Positions 24,901-39,500 of a stretch of 64,000 bases of DNA are shown one piece after another (position 1 is the stretch's first letter; each line of letters starts with the position of its first letter). The position numbers were made by a program, and so were the translations under genes. Under the pieces are notes generated by a model. That model made no database searches. It had not been told where the DNA came from and saw only the letters and a list, made by a program, of their open reading frames with translations. This DNA comes from Catajapyx aquilonaris (taxonomy: Eukaryota), in the NCBI GenBank assembly GCA_000934665.2, contig JYFJ02001888.1:1-64000 (forward strand), read 5' to 3'.

Positions 24901-27900
24901 CAAAATAATTGAAATATCCGCTGCAGCAAACATGCCCGTTACAATCCTGATTGTGTCTTAAAATTAAACCATAAACCACCTTCTGTACATTTCATAACGC
25001 TAGCTAATTAGTCCACAAAACCGTGTCGAGGTTCACATATCTCAAACCGTCACATACCCCACCGAAAAAAAAGTCTTCACTTCTCCTTTATATCCCCAGC
25101 TATAAACCACGTACCAAATGGCCTCAGTAGGTAGGACCGGGTATTAAAATCAGCCCCCCCCCCCTCGGAAAGTGCGGGTCTGAAGTTTGCAAATGAAACC
25201 CCGGGAAAAGGGAAAATTTGGACCGTTGGACCCCTGATTGCGAAAGCAAACTTCACTGCCTTTTCCCAGGAACCTCCCTCAGCAAATGAAGGAACCTGGA
25301 CCGACGTATTGATTCCGATCCCACTCAAGGAAATTAGCAGTTAGTGAATGCGTGAGGAGGAAAGGGGGGTTCCTTTAGACTCCTACATAGACCATAGTGT
25401 CCTTTTTTAGCACTGGCTCCAGGCAATATTGGAGCGGCCATTACCCAAAGTTCTGGTAGTAATGATCCGGAAATCGGTCGTATGTCATAAGACATATGGC
25501 GCCGACTTGTTTACTTATGCTGATTGGTGCAGTGGAACGTTTGGGATTCATTACTACCAGAATTTTGGGTAATGGGGGCGAAACGGCGGGGGCGAAACGG
25601 CGGGGGCGAAAAGTCCGGGACGCCCTAAATATTGCTACAATCACAAGATTGCTCATAAAATTTTCAGAATATATCAGAAAATTGTTCTTCCAACAATGGT
25701 GCAGTATATAAAAAACCGTAAGTGCTCCACGGAGTTTTCTAGTACCTGTGCGGTCCTACAACATATTGAGTAATGCGGTAAGGGCAGGGTTTTCATTGAG
25801 GTCCCTGAGGTGCATTAACGTCGGGGGTTGTCACCATTGGCGGCTGGGCTGGGGAGGCCATTGGGGACACACACTCTCGCTTCCCCCAACCCCATCCACA
25901 TCTATCTGGCCCTATCTCCCGGTCTCTCCTTCGGCAAACACGATTCGTCGCCAAAGGACTCCTTTGTGACCAGCTCTTTTTTTCTTTCCTCTCCCTATAT
26001 CTGGTCACGCCGGACTGCCTTCCATTATCGGTAAGCTTGGAACTCTTTCGGGCAAATGACTTGGCCGAAATTGAGGCGTGTATAGGTGTACATGCGACCT
26101 TCATGTCGTGTTTTCCTAATGAGATTAGGAAATGAACAAATTCACATATATGTTACAAGATTGTTACAATACACCTTTACAACTTCGGCTCCATTGAAAG
26201 TAAATTGCATGCAGATTGTTGCCAGCAAGGACAATCTATTGTCGACAAAGCAAGTGAAGTGCAATTCCCCATTATAGTGATCAGGGTTTGGTACAATTCT
26301 ACAACAATTTTGAATGAGACCACAGTTCCCCTTGAATGATTGAAATTAATGACTAAATAATCCATGAAGGCTTAGTGACGCAAAAGTAGAAAATACCATG
26401 CCATGTCACGCATTCACAAAATTCAGCATGCCCAATTCCGACCCCACCCCTCCGGTTCCAAATGCGCTTTTATGCAGAATTACAGGGTGTTTCATAATTC
26501 AGACAAACATTCATACTGAACACCTGGGCACCAGAAATTAATTCTATGCATAATGATGTAATTAGCCTCATCTCCTACTCAATGACTCCGCGACTCCTGA
26601 TTCACCTAATGAGATAACAGCCTGAATCATGCACTTCACAGTCTCAGCAAACTATTGCACGCTCCAACCCACTATCGCATCAGACAATCGATAAACATGC
26701 GCAAGAGTCATGTATAAACAGGCACATAATTAGCAAAAAGTTTTCGATATGCACCTTCAGCAGACTCTAAACCACACACGGATATGCCTACTCCACTACA
26801 AAGAGGTGGCTGGCCTACCTTCCAAATAGCCCAAGCTACGTTAGGCTCGTTCATGTATAACTAATACACCATCAATAATGCATATAAGCCCATGCCTCAT
26901 GAATCCGGCGGTTTCTGTTCAAATCTAACCGGAACCTTCCTCGTCGCTCCCGGCACCAAACCCTCTCACAAAATTCCCCCCCCCCCCCTCCCATACATAT
27001 ACTTTCAGTCAGCTTTTAGTTGCAAATTTTGGCTAATACGATTACTATCGACATCACTACCCAATACCCAGATTTTGCATGGTAGGGACCAGCCATATCG
27101 ATCTGGGGTCCCCCAAAAATGAACACCCATTTCTCAGCCTCTTTTCGTAACATCAGCTGCACTTGCCCACAATGGCAACGAGAGGTAAAGATGATGATGA
27201 CCGCAACATCCATCTCGTTGGGGGAATGGTCCGTAGATGAAACGGGGGAACAAAAACCGACACTGTGGTGTTGCTCTGAAAATGTAACCCTCGCCACCAC
27301 CCTTTCCTCTTTTTTTTTTTGAGGGGGTTGGAACCCTGAGTGGTATGCTGGAATTCAACTGGATTAGAGCTGGAGATAAACGAGGGTTGAGATGAGGTTT
27401 GGACGTATGTAAGCCTCACTTCGGGTCACTCGCATTCCGGACTGAATTTTGTGGTTGAGATATTTTGTGAAGAGATGTTGCACATGTCTCAGTTTCACCA
27501 AGCCCTTTTCATTACCACCAGGAAAAAAAAAAAAAAAACGGTAATGAATATGATGCTTTCAAGTTGTGGGAAAGCAAATGTCAGAGCTTAGATACGAGTA
27601 TATAAATTTGACAATTTTAAATGGGTCGAAACTCCAAAAATTCCATCGACATGCACTTTCATAGGATCAAAAGAAAACTCAATATATCTCCGAAAAAGGG
27701 GTTACTCAACAGCATCAGTATACAGGGATCGTACTTTGTTATTCAAGTCAAACTTCGTTATACCTAAAAATGCATGTTCACACCTCCTGGGAATTTCTAC
27801 TGACACCATCTCTCTTGAACTACTGTGCCAACTGACATGTAGCTGGTAACGAAATTTGACACCAAACGTTTAAGAGCACAGCTCGCTTGGTTGACATCTA

Positions 27901-30900
27901 GAACCCTTGACAGTTATTTTCTAGGCAGGACTGCATTAATGGCTGGTTTTATCTTCCAAACGTAGAAACGCCGTCTGTCAACTTGTGGGACTTTACTGTC
28001 CTAATGGTATTATTCGGTCTTACTGCTAAACAAAAATGCCACAATGGCGTGACTTAAGTGCACTAGTACGTTATACACTATGCTAGCCTGTTGCAGAGCG
28101 ATAAAAATATTCGGGATGATGACAGGTGTAGTATGTTTTGGAATAAGATGGGTAGTTTCACATACACAGTGACGTATTTAGGTAGATTTCAAGGCCGAAT
28201 ATCTCGGAAAATGGTTATTTCAAAAAATGTGAAATTTCGGGCAAAATATTTTAGCAAAATCCGCTGAATTTCATCTTGGGGTTTACACTTTTATGCCGCT
28301 CCAAGGTGAATCGGCCGATGCCCAGACCAGTAAAGGCGAAAGTCGGGTGTAGATCCTGCACAGATCCCCACTGTCCTAGGGGGGGAAGGGTGCACGCGAC
28401 TTTCGCCCTTACTGGTCTCGGGCTTCGGGTGATTTATCTTGGGGAGGCACATGAACGGTGATGCCATGTATACAGTACGATACCCACATATTTTCGCAAG
28501 GGTCAAATTTTCCGCCGCCATGACATTTGCCGTCCTAGGCACGTGCCTACTCGGCCTATTTGGTAATATGTCACTGCACATACATTTCACTTCTATTGTG
28601 TATACGCCATGAAAAGGTAATAATGAACAGCATTCCGAATCAAAATGCTACACATAGATATTTTATATCTGCATTTATAGGAGCAACAAAAAACCCAGGG
28701 CTGGTGGTAACAAAAGAACAAAAAGTCGTTACAAAAGATCCGTTGCCAATCACCGTTACAAACACCCACTACAATATCCAATTTCGTAACATTGTAACAC
28801 ACCATTACTAAAACACCGGCACTAAATGGCTGCAAACTTCCGCAGGTAATTCAGGTGGCTCAACCCTTTTCAAGCGATAAAAAAACAGGTAATACGGCCC
28901 AACTTTATATAAAATTCCTGACCACGACTCAACCCTTTTGTTGATTTTTGCACTACAAAAGCTCCCAGAATTCTTTCTCCTGAATCCATCCCCTCTAGAG
29001 AATTAAAGACGAGAATATGGCCCAAGACCTATGTATTTTTTTCTACCTCTTCTCTCAAACCCATCAATTTCGCAAAGGCCGAAAAGTGCCGAATGACGTT
29101 TGTAGCTGTGAGAAAAAACGCTAAGGAAAACAAGAAGAGGCAAAAGCCCCGTAGCGGAATGACTTTTTCCTTCTGGAAACAGACAAAATGCAATCGGGGA
29201 GGAACAATTTTTGCCCTCTTCTATCTCTCCCCTTTTCCACCAGGTTCGGTCTCTTCTCGTTTATAATGCTTCAGAAGAGAGGCCAGGAAGAGCAAAATTG
29301 TGGGCCTGCTGGGAAATTGCCATTCCTTTCGCGGTTGCACGCATCTGCTACGGGGATATACGATCCTAGTATGCCTGCTAGACCGCGCTTCTCATCCATT
29401 TGGGACGATCCTCTTTTATCCACGCCATCTGTCGTCCTTTTAGAACATTAGGAGAGCTGGCCCTACCTTGGTTATTAAATTTTACTGATGCACAATTTTG
29501 AAACCTGCTAGATGCATAAAAGAAGTGTTGGTTAGGAGCTTAGTAGAATCCATCTACCTTTTGTGCAATGTTGGTGTAATTGTACTGGCTGGAGTGATCT
29601 TTGTCATGATTACCGGGGGCTCTCTAGAGAGAGGTCATTTAGCTGGCAAGTAGCTTGGTTATTATTCCTTTGGCACTATCATTATACACTTGGTGTCATG
29701 TGCATGAAATTAAAACTGAATTACTGTATTCATATATGGTCTTATTTTTAAAATTTACAAAGTGTAAATTCAGCATAGTAAACTCCCAGATTTTTGTAAT
29801 TATGCATATACAGTACAGCAGTGGTTCCTAAAGTGGGTTCCACGGAACCCAAGGGTTTCGCGGATGGATCATCAGGGTTCCGCGACTCAAAAAGTTTGGG
29901 AACCGCTCCTGTACAGCACAGTGCAGCCAAAGCAATAAAGCAATTTCAGGCTAACAAACATGAATGAAACGCGAATGCGGACAACAAGATCGCAAATTGA
30001 AAAGAGGGTTTCAAAATATTGTAGGTAAACAGTTCAAAAAATTCGTACTGTATTACATAGATTACATTGCGAAATTAGACCTGCATACAGTTTGCAAGAG
30101 ACCCCTGCAGCTTCCATATATTATAGTAACGTAGTTATTGCATATAATACTCGATATTCATTATAACACCCACTGCATGTGGTCGGTTGCCTATTATATC
30201 GATGGACACAAAACACAATTCCATTATGCATGATATGCTCTTCAATTATGTCGCCGCAACAATGTTGGTTTTTAACATTGGCCGCAGCAATTACTGTTCT
30301 CTGGGCGCAACCCAAACTTTATTTATTATCTAACGGCTGTAAATTGAGCAACGCTCTGTATATAGGACCAGGGACGGAAATCCTGTCACTGCCCAGTAAT
30401 AATGTCTATGCCGATGATCAATTAAAATGAGGATTGTGGTAATTGACAACTATGCCATCATGAAAGGCGGTCCGCACGGTGATAAATTTTCATCTCATTT
30501 ATCTACCACGTGCCAAAATGAATATTCTAAAAGAGTTGCCAATTTCAACCCCTCACTTTTTTTTTAAAAAAAAGGCTTGGCATTAAAGCCAACCTGACAG
30601 TTACAACTATTAGTCATTGTGTGATAGAATCTCTGACATACAGTGTGCATTCGTGCGCGAAAACGACAAAATCTATTCATAACATTCTATTTACCGTAGC
30701 TCTCATTCAGGTCGTGACTATCCTGAAACCATTATGGGAGGAGAAATGCTGAGAGTATGGCCGAAAAAAGGACCGACACGAGCATTGCATGCATAATAGA
30801 CTCTGGTCCAATATGGCGGCCCGGCATGCAAAACGTGCGTTTTATAGACACTACTGCTTTGGTAGGGAGGTTTCGCTTAATGGTCCTTTCCTCTTGTTTT

Positions 30901-33900
30901 TTTTTAGACAAAAATATTGCTAGTTAGTCCAGCTGGGAATTTGAGAAATTTTTGGGCTTACTCGGCATAAACGTTAGAATTGCTTAGATTGCGTGTTCTC
31001 AAATTGTGTTATCACAAGTAACCTATAGTTGGCTACATTTAGACAACTTCTGGCACGGCAGCTGTACAGTTCACTTGCGCCATTGCGAAAATCACTGAGG
31101 ATTCCACAACCTTGCATCAGCAGGCGCGACTTGGTACCGATCCTATCGCGTGCCTATAGCTTTTTTTAATCATCTGCATTTTCAGGGAAAAACCACATGA
31201 GGTCAACAGAAAGCTATAAGTAGAATATAAGAAGGCTAGACGATGCATTTATGCATAAGTACCACAGTATTTTACCACATGCACTATATTTTCTCTCAGG
31301 AAAATGTCAAGGTTGTTTCATCCTTGCTCTTCAGGTCTACCCACATGCCTCTCCATGTTGCCGGTACGATCTAACTTTCAGGATACAAATGAAGAGCATG
31401 AATAACCACACAGGCGTGAAAAAAACACGAATGAAAATAATGAGCACAGCCATAATCAGTGAGCAGAACAACCACACACGACCGACTGAATTTTACCTAG
31501 CAATTAACAAATTGGATGCCCCTGACATACATAACACGACAGGAAAACCTTTTGTTGATGGTGCACACAGGACAGCACCAAATAATAGGTCTCTGGAGTA
31601 AATTATTAAAATTTTCATGTATCACACAATGACATGAGGCCGCATTCAGCTCCAAGAATACGTAAAGCGACAATTATGATCAAATTTACTCATATTGAGA
31701 GGTTTTGTTGCAAAAATATGAGGAAATTAATGGGTCTTTCATAACTTCACATTGCATAATGATAGTGCGGCTGATAGTTAAGCATTCTTCACATAAAAAT
31801 ATTGAGAGGCTTTGTTGCTGAAATATTTTTATGTGAAGAATGCTTAACTAATATCAGCCATATTCACCTACTGCAATGTGAAGTTATGAAAGACCCAATC
31901 CCGGGGCCGGCGACCCTGACCATGGTTTTCTGTGGTTTTCCATGGTCCCCTCCAGGACAATTCCGGGGTCGTTTCCGTAAAAATAGGCCACAACCGCTCC
32001 CTTCAATCCCTGGTCCCATCCAATGGTGGTAATCCACCCCTCTAAGGTAGCCAAAGGCTCTAGCACATGGTATGATTTTTTTTAAAGGTATGAAAGACCA
32101 ATTACTTTCTCTAAAATAATATATTGTAATGCAGTGATTTCCGATATCGCTCAATCTAAAAATGGTATCATTGCTATCTGATTGTGAATATTATTGCAGA
32201 AGTGACAAATCATCATCCATTTTCCACAAACTTGACCTACCTTCATGCCTTAAAAAATGACTTGCATGGGTTAAGCTACAGCAGCCACGACCCCCCATAT
32301 CTCCTATAAGCCGCACGATAATGGTGACAACCATTTGACATTTTGTCCGTTTATCCTACTTTTTTTTCCCCCCATCACCCTCACGACTTCCAGCGACCTT
32401 CCCGCCATCTATAACCTCCCATATTAATCACCCCCTGAACAAACCCTGCCATCTATTGCATCCTCCTCGCAAAAAAAAAGACCCCCTTAATGTCACCATC
32501 TAGCTTACCCCAACAAAAATCCTCACATCGACGCCTTTCGTCACAACCTCATGGAAATTCGCAATTTCAGCACAAAAATCCCAAACTTTTGGCTCCCATC
32601 CTTGTGCAAACTTCTTGGAGGTCCTGAAAGGTTCAATCCCCTGCAGAGTTTTCCAGGTGCAGCCATCACTTCTAAGTGTGCTTCCCAAAAAAAGTATAAA
32701 AAAAGGGGCGGAGCATAAATCCGTGCAAAAATTGGGCACGTGGGAAAAGTGGAAATAGTGCCGGAGAAGGATTGAAGGCAGACCTGGCGTGAAAAGAGGT
32801 TTAAGATCGACCTGACGCAGACTTTTTTTTTTCGCTAAAGTAGAAAATGTGAAAAAAGGAACCCCTCTTAATGGAGGAGAAGGTCAAAAGATCCGGAGCA
32901 ATCAGGAATAAAATGAGAAAAAAATAATAAAAATGTGTCTGAAATTGGGCAAAAATGTGAATACCTTTTTTCTAAGAAAAACTTCTTATAGAGTTTTTTT
33001 CGTTTTTTTTCACGCGTCACGGAAGTGTCATTACCGGAGTGAATTTTTCCTCTGGGCCAAATATTATCAGGTCTCCGGACCTTTTGGCAGTCTCTAGGGC
33101 TTGCGGCCTATCTCCTTTTTTCAGAGGGGGGGCGTCCGGAGTCTGCACCCGGAGAATGGGAACCTTCCCCCTCCCCCATGGCCCTCCCCTCTTCCCTCTC
33201 TTCCCCCCCGCTTTCCTAAAAGGGGGTTCGGCATTGATCCGACACCACACTGCCAGAAATACACTTCACAGGCTTTGCGTCAAGAATCAACCCGGATCAA
33301 GAAAGTCGTGGGAAAAATAATATCGGGAGCAATGGGCCTCTACTGTCGATTTTGTCAATTACGAAAAAAAAATATGTAAACAACAAGGTGGACATAAATA
33401 ATAAATGTGTGAATAGTGTACTTGACTTCTTAAGATTACGATGGGACCTACCACATTTATATATGGTGAAATTCATCAACATTATACATCCGGTACTGTA
33501 CTTTACCCAATATCAACATAATTCATCTCATGACTCCTCCTGTGACTGACATTTCAGAACCATAACACAGACTGCAAAAATTAATCACGACGTAATTGTA
33601 CTATGGAGCTCAAATTGTTTTGGCCGCTTTATCCTGGTCTTGAAGCAACCCTTCACACACAAACACCTGCTCAATGGGACCTGTGCGAAGGGTTGCTTCA
33701 AGACCAGGATAAACAATTTGAGCCCCATAGTACCATTACAGTTTAAATTTTGCATTTGAAAAATGTATAGGCCTATTAATATACATTTAAGATTAAAAAT
33801 TGTAAGAGATTAGCAATGTGTAGACCTACATGTCCAACAAGATAAAAATATTGACCACTAAGCTGATTTCAGATGGGAAACAATTTTTATTGGAATATGC

Positions 33901-34924
33901 AGTCCCTGAATCGGTATCGGCTGCTGCTACGTTAAAAAAGTAGTACCGTCAGAAACTCCGACTAAATATTCCCATCAACGAAAATGTTGGACTCCGAAAT
34001 CCTCCTAGGTATTTCGGGTAGTAGAATTAAATAGTGAAGCTGTTCAGGATAATATCGACCAGTGGTAGTAATCCATGCTAAAAGCAAAGGGGGGCCCAGA
34101 ATGAGTAATATCAGGCCAAGTGACATCGGCAAACCCCCAAAAACCATATTACTGGGGCTAATGGTTGTGCAATGCTATGGCGGCGATCGTGATTGATCGT
34201 CTCTCACGTCAGTCCAACGACTCAATCGATAATGACACGGCTGAAAAGATTTCGGGTACGGATCCATTTAGCCACTAAACGGGTAGCTGTTTGCTTGCCA
34301 TCCAATCTAGTTATCAGAAGAAAATAGAAAATCGTTAATTGCAAAGCGGTGCAAGTTTTGTGCAACGACGTCAGCTGCAAGAAATGCATTCAATAAATGG
34401 AAATGGAACCTGTCTGAACAAAATTGTTCATTGAATAAGTGACATATAGGTGGGCAGTACATTACATAATTATTAGCCTACATTACATAGCTGAGTTGCA
34501 TAACATGGCACCCATATTTGTCACATAATATAAACCAAGAGGATCATAATGTAGTTACCATGGCTACCCACATCTAGTTAAGCAGTTCTTCAGTTGCTGT
34601 TTCCTCGGGCATCTGTAGGTTTCGCCTGTCATTAATCGGTTTCATTATGCAACCCGAATAGAATGGGAGGCCATAGTGTTTACAAGGAGAGAGAAGCATT
34701 TGGAAATCCGAGAGTATAAAGCACGACCTATTGTGGTCGACGATGCAAATATGGGGCTTCCAATGCGGCATTACAGGCATAATTGTGATCCGACCATCAA
34801 TATTACGGGGAACCGCAATACGGAAATAAAACGCAATTGCAATTTCGGAGCAAGATTCTCACATCATGGGCCCGTAACACCACTCTGAACATAGGTAGAG
34901 TACACCACGGATGTAATATATGCC

Positions 34925-34995
<71 letters not shown>

Positions 34996-36470
34996 GAATA
35001 ATGCGTTCATAAATTACACACTTGAGACAATGAGTAATTACAGAAATGTATCCGCAACAGTCATAGTTTATTCCTCTGGCTCCTACCCCTTTTTTCGGCA
35101 ATAGAGGAATGAACCTTCATGTATTATTCAGAGATAACGAGGAAATTTTTGGAAAATGGCGAGTGCCCGACTCCGTAGTTGTGATAAATATTTTATCTTT
35201 CGCCACCGCCTTCCCTCTTCACCATTTTTTTTTCTTTAGCCCCTTCAACTGCCTAAATCGGTTTTCGCCCCGTGTATTTAGAATGAGTTTCGATTGGTGT
35301 AATAAACTGCCGTTACGAGACGGAACAGATAAGCAATGTAAATGTATTCCACTTTTTTTCGGGCCTATCCTTGAAGACAGCGATGGTATTCATGCATTTT
35401 TCAGGTTTTGTACCTAGTCAAAGTTAAATAATCCGGATCGTTTGCTATACACAAGGTGAAGAAATTTGACTCTCAAGAGCATACTATATTGAGAGTGTGT
35501 ACCAGCTACCCAAGTATAATCAGGACTGTACTGGCTTGGGAATTAGTACATCAATAAGTCGAGTAAGAAAAAGAAACAAAATAATTTATTTATACCTGAA
35601 TTGCGCACTTTAAACATTGAGGGCCGTATTCAGAGAGGTTGCTTAAAAGCCTTAACCACATGGTTAGTTAAACGCCCTCGAACCATGCGTTTAGGGCATC
35701 TCTCTGAATTCGGCCCTGAGATAAATTGAAAAATATTACTTGCCCACTCTATACCATATTTGGTAAGATCTGCTACATTAACAAACTGCCTCTAAACCTA
35801 GTTCAGGACCGTATACCGCATACCCTCCACTATATTCGCATGTTTTATAATGAACAAGACATAGTAAAAAGCCCGTAAAGCCCACGAATTTTGGCAATTT
35901 CCATCCGGGCGACTAAATGGGTTCGCCATCTTTAGACAGAGCCGGATGACCCCACATTCTTATCTCAAAAGTAAGAGTAAAAATGGAGGTCGTCGGTAGG
36001 AAAAAGCGCTCCGGATGAAAAGCGAAGAAGGCTGTCCTGAAAGACGCCTGGGCTCACTCTACGGATCGTAAAAAATTCCGGGGGATGGTTTTATGCGGAC
36101 CTGGGCCTTTGCAGGTTCTCTGAGGAGATAAGTAACAAGTCTGAAGACCATTTTTTATCCTCAAAAAACATTTTTTTTCTTTTTGTTACAAAAGTGGTTC
36201 CTGACTGTCGCGACAGGTTCGTATTACGCCCTTTTTATTGTTTGTTGGTATTGCAAAATATCACTTACAGAAGATGGGACCGATAGCTGTATACGTCAAG
36301 CCCTGGCATTTTCATTACGCACCATTTGTTGATTATCACACCTGATGACGTATCAGCGTTCGCATTACGACGGGCATACTCTTTTTAATGATGCTGTTCT
36401 CATCCGTGCTGGAGCACTCCACTTGCAAGATCAAAGGCAACGCACGCACTACATCAGCATAAAAATTTCG

Positions 36471-36501
<31 letters not shown>

Positions 36502-39500
36502 TGCAAAAGCGGCCTACCCAAATCTGCCAAACAATACATTTCCAGAGCAGTAAACCTGACGGCAGTCAAAGCATCTCAATGTCTATTAGCGGATGGTGGA
36601 AAAATCCCATTGTAATCATAGCGGATCGACATCGATTGTCCCGAGCTGATCCAGTCCGGAACGATTGATCACCGAGAGACACACGGTGGGGCATACAGAG
36701 AGTACATACCCANCCCCCCCCTCTACGTCCTGCACGTCGCACTCCCCTCTCGACATTCAAATCGACTAATCGGCTGGGGTTTACAGAGGTGCCAGATATA
36801 ATGTCGACCCCAGCAGCGGTGTCACATCACGAGATTCCACAACCTGAAAATATCGTCGAGCCTTCCAGCACAGGAAAATATCGAACAATCACCAAGGAAA
36901 TTATTGTGAGCTAATTATCGATTCTAGAGTGCTGAAAATATACCATGTAGTCAGCTACTTGATGACTCATCACCAATGTGCATGTAGTACTACTTTCTTT
37001 CTGAGAGCGGCATCAGTGTGCATCAGTGCGCCATCTGTGCGTCCAAGTGGGAGCGAACCGGGCAGTATGAGAATTTTAATAATTTTAAAACAACGTTGTA
37101 ATGAAGGTCAATCTGCAGCCTCGAGACAAGTGCGGATGACCTGCAACATGGCCTGATAATTTTCTGCAGAGAATGCCCGGGCAAAGCGTGTCGCAAATAC
37201 CCTTTGGTCTCTGGTCTCCAGATAATGCAAATTGCACTGTAAAAGAGCCCCTCTTTGCATCACATGGGATCTCTCTAGTGCTGCCATGGCCAATCCCGCG
37301 GAACTAATAGGACCCGGGTTTAATTATGTTACAGTAAAAACCTGCAGCGCAAATCAAAGCTTGTTGTGCAACTCTATGAACGCCTCGGTTAGTCAATAAT
37401 GAGCTATAGATCCCCCAGCCTCAACATCGAGATAGGCACATTTAATCAACATGCTGTAGAATGGTGTGCGATACCAGCTGATCAGCTACGTATGCTAAAA
37501 AGAGCTTCGTTAACTACTACACTAATTAGTAATGTCGAGAAACATCCATGGAGTATGTGTCATTTCCTAAGCCGTACAGCCCACCACAGTGGTGTTAAAT
37601 TAAAAACAAATTGTCGCGACGATCCTCAAAAGGGAATAGTATCCTGTACCACACTATGACACTATCCCTTGTGGTATGACTTCATTGCTACACAACTGCA
37701 CCACACTTGGGCCACCTCAGCTAAAAATAGCTCCGTTTGTACTAAAAATTTCATTACTAGAACCCGAAACGTACGACCGTCGACCTGAGGGCTGACCAAG
37801 TCCAGTGTTACAAAAAATAATGGCGTCAACTCCTTTTGGTCCACTGTCATTTGTCAAAAAAAAACCAAGTCACGACATACTATATCCTGAGGATGGCGGA
37901 TGCGCAATGTGCTTCGGTTGGCTCATTCGATTTTGCGTTCCAGAGATTAATGAGGCTTTTCCGTCACAGGTCCGCTTTTGTGTCGCTTCAAACATCTACT
38001 CCAAATTTGCATACCCTCCGACGAAAGTAGAACGTGCTAAAAAAAAAAAGTTTCAAAAGAAAAGTTGACGAGTTTTGGTGCCATCTTGTGACGGGTCGAT
38101 AGGGTCATGATTTGCCAATAACTTTTGGGGGTAGGCAATAGATAGTGATGGGTGAATAATTGCGCAGGATGTCTGTTGACAAAGTTTGGCAAAGATGATG
38201 GAGGGTGTGTCGATTTCATAACATTTCACTTTGGATAGAATGGTATGACTGTTGAACTTACAAAATCACGGTTTGATTTTGAATAATTTCAAATTTTGTA
38301 GTGGATTTAGGGCCGATAAAAAAATTTGTGTGGTACTCACTATGTACTGTTTTGGGGGGAAACATGCTACGTGCTTTCATGTTATTCGTGGCTTTTGGCT
38401 GTATTTTTGTGGCTGTCAGTTTGAATTACAAAACCGGAAATCCCTATGTTTGCATCACCCGGATGTTGCACTCCAAAATGCAAAATAGTGTGGTACGTCA
38501 ATAATTGCAGTTTTCTTCCCCAAGTCGACATTTGCACTACAAATTATTTTCAGATTTTTTTTTGCCCAATGTTGGTATAAGCTTCTCATTGAAATTTAAT
38601 ATTGTAAGTCATATTCACTCATACGAAATCCACTAATTTTCTTCCAATAATCGCTCAAACTGAGTTTTACAATAAAATTTCAACTCAATTTTTTAGAGTG
38701 TCTTCACTCACGTTTTGCTACAAACAGATCGTTTATCTGTTCTCCTGTCGATAACTACAACCTCATTCTTCCGGTTTGGAATAAATATCGACACAGTAGC
38801 ACACAAACAAAAGAGCAGTGCGATTGGGTGACGCCCGTGGTTTCATTCGATAATCCGAAACAACACTGGAATTTTTTCCGCTCGGCAGAACCTTAGCCAA
38901 TATTGATTAGAGCGTAATTGCTCTGGTCTGTTTGGTTCACCAATTTGTCTATCCAAAGTCAATACCTCGGAAAATCGTGAGGCCCTTTTTTCAGTCTCAC
39001 TTGAGTATAGGACTCATCGTACTGTACGTGAGGTATCAGAGAAATCTGAAAATGGGAGATTTCACGTCCTGATTTTTGTACGATGAGGGTACTTACATCA
39101 CTGCGTCGACTGTGTCGTCATTTTCACCATCGTCCTCGTAGTAGAGGTCGTCATCATCGTCATCGTCATCGGTATCGTCGTCATCGTCGTCCCTGGCTGC
39201 CTCTGGTTCTTCGAAATTCTTCCCAGACTTGAGTTTAGACTTGGGGACGATAATGTCTCTGCAGAAATAAATCAACACATGTAAACCGGAGTACGAATAA
39301 TGATTTTAAACAATAAATGCTCCCATTACAACCATAAAGGAACACAAGAAAAATAACATTGTGAAACACAACATAAAATTAAACAGATCACGCACATTAT
39401 ATTCTCTTTCAAAGAAACAAAAAACCTTGCATTTAAATCCCCACCGTTTTAAATAATGGCAAAAACATCACAACGCAAGAACTTGCCTTCCGGGCTGAAG

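Noticed and set aside
32241..32248. Possible 8-nt Cow micro-exon (ttttttaag|GCATGAAG|gtaggt, minus strand)
   Set aside because: The flanking exons already join in phase and 8 nt would shift the frame.
34859..35101. Poly-Leu membrane-protein-like ORF
   Set aside because: Translation of the (AAT)n microsatellite.
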